A DNA stretch of 64,000 nt from positions 142,350 to 206,349 of the forward strand of contig JBIIMS010000005.1 in NCBI GenBank assembly GCA_044337875.1, written 5' to 3'. Below, one piece after another: positions 57,937-64,000 of the stretch; the first letter of the stretch is position 1; every line of letters starts with the position of its first letter. The notes under the pieces were generated by a model. The model was not told where the DNA came from, did not search any database, and saw only the letters and a list, made by a program, of their open reading frames with translations. A program made the position numbers and the translations under genes. The DNA comes from Gemmataceae bacterium (GTDB taxonomy: Bacteria > Planctomycetota > Planctomycetia > Gemmatales > Gemmataceae).

Positions 57937-58181
57937 GTTATCTAAATAACCCCTCCTCCGCCCAATCTCCGATAAGGAGACGATGTAAGGAGACATCGGT
58001 TGCCTTATCCGGCAGGCCTGTGTTGAAACTCAACGACAGGAAAGTTTATCCGGGTAGGTTGTTTGGTCACTTGATGGAATGGGGAGGAGCGTGAGTTCAG
58101 TCTTTTGGCAGGCCCGCTGTGGGTTTGTTCTGAATCGGTAGAAGGGGTTAAAAGGTTCCTGGTTTTCATGGAGTATGTGAA

Positions 58182-58547
58182 ATGTATAGTGTTGTATTGT
58201 TGGTTGCCCTTAGTGGCAGTGCTGATGTTGTTGAACTTGGCGGACACAAGAGCTGCAATGGTTGCAGCGGCGCCGTAGTTGTTGAAAAGTCCAGCTGTAA
58301 TGGCTGCAAGGGCGGACACAAGTTGTTCGACCGTGCTCCTAAGGGCTGCTGTGGTGGTAACAAGTTGTTCGACCGCGCATCTAAGAGCTGCAATGGTTGC
58401 AACGGTGGCGGACACAAGTTGTTCAACCGTAGCTCCAAGAGCTGCAATGGTTGCAATGGTTGCACAGGTTGCACCGGTGGATCTGCTGTACCAATGGCAG
58501 AACCTAAGAAAGAAGAAAAGAAAGAAGCCCCTAAGAAGGCTGCTTAA
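58182..58547 (+). CDS. Small secreted Cys/Gly-rich tandem-repeat protein (CxxC repeats), uncharacterised
   Basis: GGAG lies 8 nt upstream of the ATG. N-terminus MYSVVLLVALSGSA. There are 12 Cys in 121 aa, arranged as K/S-S-C-N-G-C four times, plus GCC and CNGCNGCTGC. There are three (H/N)KLF(D/N)R units and a KKEEKKEAPKKAA tail. A strong plus-strand terminator follows. Confidence 0.6.
   Translation: MYSVVLLVALSGSADVVELGGHKSCNGCSGAVVVEKSSCNGCKGGHKLFDRAPKGCCGGNKLFDRASKSCNGCNGGGHKLFNRSSKSCNGCNGCTGCTGGSAVPMAEPKKEEKKEAPKKAA
58242..58480 (+). repeat. In-frame tandem DNA repeats inside the Cys-rich gene
   Basis: AAGAGCTGCAATGGTTGCA occurs three times (at 58248, 58382 and 58436), with a diverged fourth copy AGTCCAGCTGTAATGGCTGCA at about 58289. 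AAGTTGTTCGACCG/AAGTTGTTCAACCG recurs three times. Confidence 0.8.
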
Positions 58548-58596
58548 TTAATCTTCTTCAAAGCACGATAAATTAATCTTTAAAGTGCAATTGAAA

Positions 58597-58629
58597 GAAG
58601 GGGAGCCTAACCGCTCCTCTTCTTTTTTT
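58597..58629 (+). terminator. Rho-independent terminator of the Cys-rich gene
   Basis: GAAGGGGAGC (58597-58606) pairs with GCTCCTCTTC (58613-58622), giving 10 bp including one G-U pair, with loop CTAACC. A run of 7 T follows. Confidence 0.7.
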
Positions 58630-58683
58630 GTTGGCACTCATCCCCTTTTTACGGTCTTCTACCTGTATAGAGGGATATTTTTA

Positions 58684-59406
58684 ATGACGACGGAACTCAA
58701 CAAAGATGGTAAGCGTATTCGTGCAATGTTTTCAGGCATTGCGCCTTGGTACGATTTCCTCAATCATTTTCTTAGCCTCAACATCGATCGCTACTGGCGC
58801 AATCGCATGACAAAATTGGTTCCCCCAGAGGGAAACGATCCAATTCTCGATGTTTGTACGGGTACAGGCGACCTCGCGTTGGCTTATCACGCCGCTTCCA
58901 AAGGAAAAATCAAAATCGTAGGCAGCGACTTCTGCCTTCCCATGCTTGAATCTGCTTACAAAAAGAACCGAAAGAGAGGTTTGGGAATATTCTTCCTCGA
59001 AGCAGATACCCTCTGCCTGCCTTTTTCAGAGAATCACTTCCAGCTGACAACCGTAGCCTTTGGCATAAGAAATGTTTCAGATACGGAAGCAGGAATTTCG
59101 GAAATGATACGGGTAACAAAACCAGGTGGACGGGTTGCAATCCTCGAGTTTTCCCGCCCCAAAGGCTGGTTCTTGGGCAACCTCTACCTTTTTTACTTCC
59201 AGCGCATGCTTCCCCTTCTAGGCCAGCTTTTTTCCAAAAGTAAGGATGATGCCTACCACTATTTACGCAATAGTGTGCTGCAATTCCCGGATGGCGAGCA
59301 ATTTGCCCAAAAAATGCGCGATCAAGGATTACTCCAAGTAACTTGGAAACCCTTCACTTTTGGCATCGCAACCCTTTATTGGGGAACCAAATCAGCTCCA
59401 ACCTAA
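58684..59406 (+). CDS. ubiE: Demethylmenaquinone/ubiquinone C-methyltransferase
   Basis: The frame is open from 58585, but that extension runs through the upstream terminator. ATG 58684 gives MTTELNKDGKRIRAMFSGIAPWYDFLNHFLSLNIDRYWR and the SAM motif LDVCTGTGDLAL. Confidence 0.85.
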   Translation: MTTELNKDGKRIRAMFSGIAPWYDFLNHFLSLNIDRYWRNRMTKLVPPEGNDPILDVCTGTGDLALAYHAASKGKIKIVGSDFCLPMLESAYKKNRKRGLGIFFLEADTLCLPFSENHFQLTTVAFGIRNVSDTEAGISEMIRVTKPGGRVAILEFSRPKGWFLGNLYLFYFQRMLPLLGQLFSKSKDDAYHYLRNSVLQFPDGEQFAQKMRDQGLLQVTWKPFTFGIATLYWGTKSAPT

Positions 59407-59448
59407 TAAATTAACCTAAGGTTCTTACTTGGGATCAGGAGTTATCGC

Positions 59449-60477
59449 ATGGTTGTTGCAGAAATGAAAAACAAAGATCATTTATTGGTTCGCGCTGCAC
59501 GGGGCGAAGCAATCGAAAGAGTTCCTGTTTGGGCAATGCGACAAGCAGGGCGCTGGGATCCTGAGTTTCATAAAATCCGATCAGGACTTGGGTTCTATGA
59601 TTTTTCTGAAAATGTAGAACTCGCAGCAAAAGCCTCAATCCTACCCGTAAGGTTTGGAGTTGATGCGGTGATTCTTTTTTATGATATCACCACCCTGCCT
59701 GTTTCCATGGGCCTGCCTTTTTCATTGCAACCCAATATCGGCCCGGTTCCCGCTTCCCCCGTTCGCACCCTCGAAGCAGTTTTAAAACTAAATCCCCATC
59801 CACAACCCGAAACCTATTCCCATGTAACCCGCATGCTAACCCAAGTCCAAAAAACCTTGGATAAACCCATGCCAATCCTAGCCTTTGCTGGCGCACCCTT
59901 CACCGTGGCAACCTATTGCATAGGCACTGGCAAAGATATCAATGCAACACGAAAATTTATCCAAGAACAACCCATCATTTGGCATGAACTTCTTGAAAGG
60001 CTTACCTCCGCAACCATTGGTTTTTTAAAAACCATGATTGCTCACGGAGCTTGTGCGTATCAACTTTTTGATTCCTGGGCCGGTATGCTGACCGAAAAGG
60101 AATACGATCTATGGGCCCAGCCTTTTCATCGCAGAATTCTTGCAGGTGCCACCGGTGCGCCAAGGATTCTTTTTGTAAAGGAATGCCCCTACCTTCATAA
60201 ACAAGTTGAAACAGGCGCAGATATCATCAGCTTGGGTAAGCGCAACGATCTTAAAGAAGCCCGGGATAAATACCCCCACCTCGTTTTTCAAGGCAATGTG
60301 GATGAAAATATCCTACGCACAGGTACACCCGCAGAGGTGAAAATTGCCGTGGAAGAATGTTTGCGAAAAGGTGGCGGGACTAGGCACATTTTAAATCTCA
60401 ACCATGGAGTGGATCGCACCACCCCCGTTGCTAACTTCGAAACTTTCGTAAAAACCGCACACGAATTCAAAGGGTAA
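59449..60477 (+). CDS. hemE: Uroporphyrinogen decarboxylase
   Basis: LLVRAARGEAIERVPVWAMRQAGRWDPEF is the HemE N-terminal signature. 342 aa. Confidence 0.9.
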   Translation: MVVAEMKNKDHLLVRAARGEAIERVPVWAMRQAGRWDPEFHKIRSGLGFYDFSENVELAAKASILPVRFGVDAVILFYDITTLPVSMGLPFSLQPNIGPVPASPVRTLEAVLKLNPHPQPETYSHVTRMLTQVQKTLDKPMPILAFAGAPFTVATYCIGTGKDINATRKFIQEQPIIWHELLERLTSATIGFLKTMIAHGACAYQLFDSWAGMLTEKEYDLWAQPFHRRILAGATGAPRILFVKECPYLHKQVETGADIISLGKRNDLKEARDKYPHLVFQGNVDENILRTGTPAEVKIAVEECLRKGGGTRHILNLNHGVDRTTPVANFETFVKTAHEFKG

Positions 60478-60488
60478 CACCTGAACTC

Positions 60489-60782
60489 TTAGATTAATGT
60501 GCGGATTTTTTGTGCAAGTTCTTCAAGCATTAATTCCCGGATCAGGAATTTCTTATCCCGAGAGCTATGGCCCGATAGGATTTCAATCTGATTTCTTTTG
60601 ATACCTAATGTTTTCTTAAGCAAGTCCATAATAGCATCATTGGCCTTACCATCTTCAGGCGCAGCTTGAACTGAAACTTTAAGCGCACCATCATGCACGC
60701 CATTGATACTGTTTTTTCTTGCACCGGGTTGCGCCCTTATGGGAAGAACAATACCATCCGCATGCAGAGTTATCTTGGGCAT
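60489..60782 (-). CDS. DUF167 (YggU-like) protein
   Basis: The frame is open from 60974, but that part overlaps the upstream gene. ATG 60782 gives MPKITLHADGIVLPIRAQPGARKNSINGVHDGALKVSVQAAPEDGKAN, typical of DUF167. Confidence 0.65.
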   Translation of the reverse strand: MPKITLHADGIVLPIRAQPGARKNSINGVHDGALKVSVQAAPEDGKANDAIMDLLKKTLGIKRNQIEILSGHSSRDKKFLIRELMLEELAQKIRTLI

Positions 60783-60798
60783 GAAGTAATAATCTGGA

Positions 60799-62109
60799 TT
60801 ATTTAATACGCTTACCATCATTGGTGATGGTCGCAGGGCAGGTAAGCCCAACACTGAAATTACCGCTGGTAATGCGCTCGAGATCTGCAAGATTATCCAT
60901 GGTGATGAATTTCGTATGGTTAAAACTCCCCAACATTTTTCCAGCCTTTTCAAATAATTCTGCATTATCAGCACTCAAAAACTTCAATTGGTTATCATGC
61001 AATTCGGAGATGATTTTTCTCAACTCCGGTTCAACCTTCTTTAGTTCATTAAAATTAGTGCGGGTTTCCAATAAAAGTTCGAAGGCATTGCGCACTTCAA
61101 GCCTGATCAGATTCTTAGTGCTTTCCTCGACAGCAGCACCACGATCTGCAAAGGCCTGAGCCCTTGCAACACGGTCAGACTTTTTACCCACAAGCGAAGA
61201 GGGCATTTCAATGGTAATGGCTTCAGGAGTAAAGTTTTCGCCACGCCCTTGCACGCCAATCGGAATGTAATGCAAATCGGAACCACTTGCAAAAGTTCTG
61301 AACTTAGGGTTAAACCTAGCAGATCTCTGGGCATTTACTTCCAAAGCAAGAATTTGAGATGCCTTCGAAGATTTAATAAACTCATCACGGACTAGAACTG
61401 TTTTTTCAATCATTTCATCAATAAATTCAGGCGTAAGCAGGCCTAAAAGATCATAAGAAGGGAATTCAGTTTCCTTGGGTTCGATAAGACCGATTTTATT
61501 TCTGCCACCTACTTCTTCTCTTAATAAAGCCTTGGCCCTTTCAAACCCCGTATTAGCTAATGCATTCTTATGCTTAGCCTCAACCACACCCAACTTTAAT
61601 TTTTGAAGTTTGATATCATCTTCAGGCGTCTTTTTGAGAACCATCTTTAATTCAAGCGCTTTGATGTTCTTGCTTAAAATATCAAGCACTTGCTCGCTCA
61701 AATCACGTTGCTGCTTCGAATAAATAACTAAAAAGTAACTCCGGGCCACCCCATAGGATGTGTCCCTGATTTCCTGCCTCAACCCTGCATCCGCAACCTC
61801 TATCCCCAACTCGGACTGTTGTCTCCTGTACTTCATATCTGGCGAAAGCTTGGCGAAAAAAGGAAGGTTTTGTACCCCGCGTGCTCCCGCTTCCGAACCC
61901 CTCAAACTCGCTTCCGCTGCATGTATTCTTGGATGGTTTGCATTCATCAACTCCAGCGCTTCTGCCAAAGTGATTTTTTTCACCGCCTCTTCACTTCTTG
62001 CAAATCCTGCAAGACCTGTAAATAATGTCGCAACTCCAATTACAGAAAAGAAACTAATGCGATTAAATTTTAACATCGTTTTAAACCTTAAAAGAGTTAG
62101 CAGTTTCAT
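60799..62109 (-). CDS. TolC-like outer-membrane efflux protein
   Basis: ITLAEALELMNANHPRIHAAEASLRGSEA resembles the conserved start of OEP/TolC repeats. 436 aa and coiled-coil rich. Confidence 0.5.
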   Translation of the reverse strand: MKLLTLLRFKTMLKFNRISFFSVIGVATLFTGLAGFARSEEAVKKITLAEALELMNANHPRIHAAEASLRGSEAGARGVQNLPFFAKLSPDMKYRRQQSELGIEVADAGLRQEIRDTSYGVARSYFLVIYSKQQRDLSEQVLDILSKNIKALELKMVLKKTPEDDIKLQKLKLGVVEAKHKNALANTGFERAKALLREEVGGRNKIGLIEPKETEFPSYDLLGLLTPEFIDEMIEKTVLVRDEFIKSSKASQILALEVNAQRSARFNPKFRTFASGSDLHYIPIGVQGRGENFTPEAITIEMPSSLVGKKSDRVARAQAFADRGAAVEESTKNLIRLEVRNAFELLLETRTNFNELKKVEPELRKIISELHDNQLKFLSADNAELFEKAGKMLGSFNHTKFITMDNLADLERITSGNFSVGLTCPATITNDGKRIK

Positions 62110-62267
62110 TTAATAATCGACGTATTAAGATCACAACAGCACGGCATCTACGCAAGTTGCGCAGATCCCCTCTGCTATCTATAGCATATATTATAGAAAG
62201 TGTCGAATATATCGATTAAAAAGATTACAACGATCCCGCAGCTTAGGCAAATTTAGTTGCTCTATCA

Positions 62268-62999
62268 TTAATAGCCTGCAACTGTCCCGGGTGCAGCATG
62301 CAAAACGGGTAGTCCCATTACTTTTCTGCACTCTTCCAGCATTTCTCTGGTTCTGCTAGCACCAACCCTACTGACTCCCAAAGCGCGCACTTCCAGCATT
62401 TTTGCAAAGTCCCTCACGCCACCCGCTGCTTTAACCTGAACTGAAGGGGCAGCATGTTTGCGCATCAAAATCAAATCATCGATGGTTGCCCCGCCTGAAC
62501 CATAGCCCGTAGAGGTCTTCACCCAATCCGCCTTCAATTCGCTGCAGATTTCACAAAGCTTGACCTTATGGTCATCTTTCAAAAAGCTGTTTTCAAAAAT
62601 CACTTTCACTTTTTGACCTGCTTTATGTGCAACATCGATCACCACCTTGATATCCTCGCGCACATAATCCCAGCGTTGGCTCAACACCTGGCTTATGTTC
62701 ACCACCATGTCAAGTTCTTCGCACCCATCAGCGATGGCTCGTTCAGCTTCCATCTTTTTTATTGCAGTAGTGTTTGCACCATGAGGAAACCCAATGGTAG
62801 TACTTGCCCTGATTCCCGTACCCTTTAGCAAATCCGCACACCTTCGCTGGTAATAAGGCATGATACAAATGCTTGCAACATCGTAATCAATCGCAAGGGC
62901 AATCCCTGCCTCCAACTCCTGAACCGTGAGGGTCGGGGTCAAAAGAGAATGATCGATCATCTTTGAAATATCTTTATACGTGTAGCTCATCAGTTCCAA
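62268..62999 (-). CDS. deoC: Deoxyribose-phosphate aldolase
   Basis: IDHSLLTPTLT, the Schiff-base lysine context VKTSTGYGSGGAT, and VKAAGGVRD. The true start may be ATG 62990. Confidence 0.85.
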   Translation of the reverse strand: MELMSYTYKDISKMIDHSLLTPTLTVQELEAGIALAIDYDVASICIMPYYQRRCADLLKGTGIRASTTIGFPHGANTTAIKKMEAERAIADGCEELDMVVNISQVLSQRWDYVREDIKVVIDVAHKAGQKVKVIFENSFLKDDHKVKLCEICSELKADWVKTSTGYGSGGATIDDLILMRKHAAPSVQVKAAGGVRDFAKMLEVRALGVSRVGASRTREMLEECRKVMGLPVLHAAPGTVAGY

Positions 63000-63966
63000 C
63001 TCCTAAGATTTTAAAATCTGCAAGTGCAATCGCACCTAACAACCCCGCGCCCTCTCCCACCGATGATAATTCAATCCGAACATCATCCACTGGGAACATC
63101 CGCACCCTCTGTTTAACAACACTTCGCACAGGCGCAAGAAGCAAATCTCCCATTTTTGAAACCCCGCCTCCCAGCACAACCAATTCCGGATGCAACGAAG
63201 TTACCATGTTAGCAACACCAATGCCAAGAAGAGTTGCAATATGATATATTCCAGCAATCACTGCTTCATCACCGTCCTTTGCAGCCTGTGCCATAGTTGC
63301 CGGAGAAACATTTCTAATATCGTTGGCGCAAATACGAACCAACTTCGGAGCCTGCCCAATTTTAAAAAGCCGAACGCCCTCCGCAATAATTGCTGGCCCA
63401 CTGCATACCGCCTCTAAACAACCCTGGTTCCCACAACCGCAATAAGGCCCATTGGGAAGAATAGTTTGATGGCCTATTTCCCCTGCAGAACCCAAGGGGC
63501 CAAGGAGAAGTTTCCCGCCAATAACTATTCCGCCACCTATGCCGGTTCCCAGAGAAAAGAAAACCATGTTGGAAACATTTTTCCCCAGCCCGAATTTCAT
63601 CTCACCCAATGTTGCAGTACGAACATCATTCAAAATACGAACAGAATACCCCAATGAATTTTCAAGTATTTCACGAACGCAAACACCCCGCCATTGAGTA
63701 TGCATGTTTGGTAGAAACAGGGTTTTGCCAAGTACAGGATCAACCAAGCCGGGAACACCAATGCCAAGGGCGGTAGGTTTATAGCCAACTTCATCCGCCA
63801 GATTTTTTACAAGGGATGCCATTCTGCAAAGAACATCTTCAGGCCCATTTTCTGAAAGTGTGGGAATGCTACGCTGCAGCAAAATATTGCCCATGAGATC
63901 GCCCAGCCCCGCTGTAATAGTGGTGCCACCAAGATCAATCCCAGCAAGTATTTGATTCCCAGGCAT
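62974..63966 (-). CDS. ROK-family sugar kinase (glucokinase-like)
   Basis: ILAGIDLGGTTITAGL (ATP-binding motif), GAGEIGH, and the zinc motif CGCGNQGCLE. Its ATG overlaps a TAA that closes an upstream open frame running off the right edge. Confidence 0.75.
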   Translation of the reverse strand: MPGNQILAGIDLGGTTITAGLGDLMGNILLQRSIPTLSENGPEDVLCRMASLVKNLADEVGYKPTALGIGVPGLVDPVLGKTLFLPNMHTQWRGVCVREILENSLGYSVRILNDVRTATLGEMKFGLGKNVSNMVFFSLGTGIGGGIVIGGKLLLGPLGSAGEIGHQTILPNGPYCGCGNQGCLEAVCSGPAIIAEGVRLFKIGQAPKLVRICANDIRNVSPATMAQAAKDGDEAVIAGIYHIATLLGIGVANMVTSLHPELVVLGGGVSKMGDLLLAPVRSVVKQRVRMFPVDDVRIELSSVGEGAGLLGAIALADFKILGVGTDELHV

Positions 63967-64000
63967 TAAACTTTGCGCCTTGGAATGTAGTTACGCAAGA

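Noticed and set aside
58078-58095. Similarity of AUGGGGAGGAGCGUGAG to the GGGGAGUAGC core of the yybP-ykoY (Mn) riboswitch
   Set aside because: Only one short segment matches, from memory. The other conserved strand and the four-way junction are not evident, and the downstream gene is not a known Mn-exporter type. It needs a covariance-model scan before any claim.
58242-58480. Possible CRISPR-like array suggested by recurring 19-20-nt motifs
   Set aside because: The repeats are contiguous, in-frame coding repeats without unique spacers of regular length, and there are no cas genes nearby.
58005-58551. Three alternative ORFs over the Cys-rich repeat region (58005-58415 minus, 58166-58474 minus, 58279-58551 plus)
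   Set aside because: Tandem repeats keep all frames open. Only the 58182 frame has a GGAG at the correct spacing and a signal-like N-terminus. The promoter candidate and the T-run terminator orient transcription on the plus strand.
1-64000. Prophage, integrative element or defence island
   Set aside because: No integrase, transposase, phage structural, restriction-modification, Cas or STAND-NTPase-like genes were recognised. The only mobile-type module is the small toxin-antitoxin pair at 32459-33075.

Overview
This is a gene-dense 64-kb chromosomal segment with about 49 protein genes. I recognised no rRNA, tRNA, CRISPR array, integrase or transposase. All functional calls come from motifs read by eye in the supplied translations; no database search was run.

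The gene content points strongly to Planctomycetota (an inference):
- two prepilin-leader/DUF1559 proteins
- a PSCyt/DUF1549/DUF1553 + DUF1501 pair
- a PSCyt/DUF1592-family + DUF1552 pair
- a giant FG-GAP surface protein
- a Ser/Thr kinase-WD40 fusion

Recognisable housekeeping and accessory genes:
- eutB, an APC permease and eutC
- ilvB, an mqnD-like gene, ubiE/menG, hemE, deoC and a ROK kinase
- an M1 aminopeptidase, a CocE/NonD peptidase and a D-aminoacylase
- several secreted alpha/beta hydrolases
- a TauE / Mo-oxidoreductase / class-V aminotransferase trio

Most noteworthy observations:
1. A monocistronic gene (58182-58547) encodes a small tandem-repeat protein rich in CxxC motifs. It has its own promoter, a roughly 240-nt structured leader and a strong terminator.
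2. A lipoprotein gene has an in-frame TGA directly after a Cys. A 59-codon open continuation with no start codon follows, along with a SECIS-like hairpin with a GGUC loop. It sits beside a thioredoxin-fold/heme-c/PHM-like copper monooxygenase fusion.
3. A modular intergenic repeat family occurs at four loci.
4. A duplicated 165-bp cassette (5' UTR plus signal peptide) heads two unrelated adjacent genes.
5. A BrnT-like toxin has its conserved N-terminus reachable only from an ATA codon behind a well-placed Shine-Dalgarno sequence.
6. An acyltransferase-3 membrane protein carries an inserted ankyrin module.
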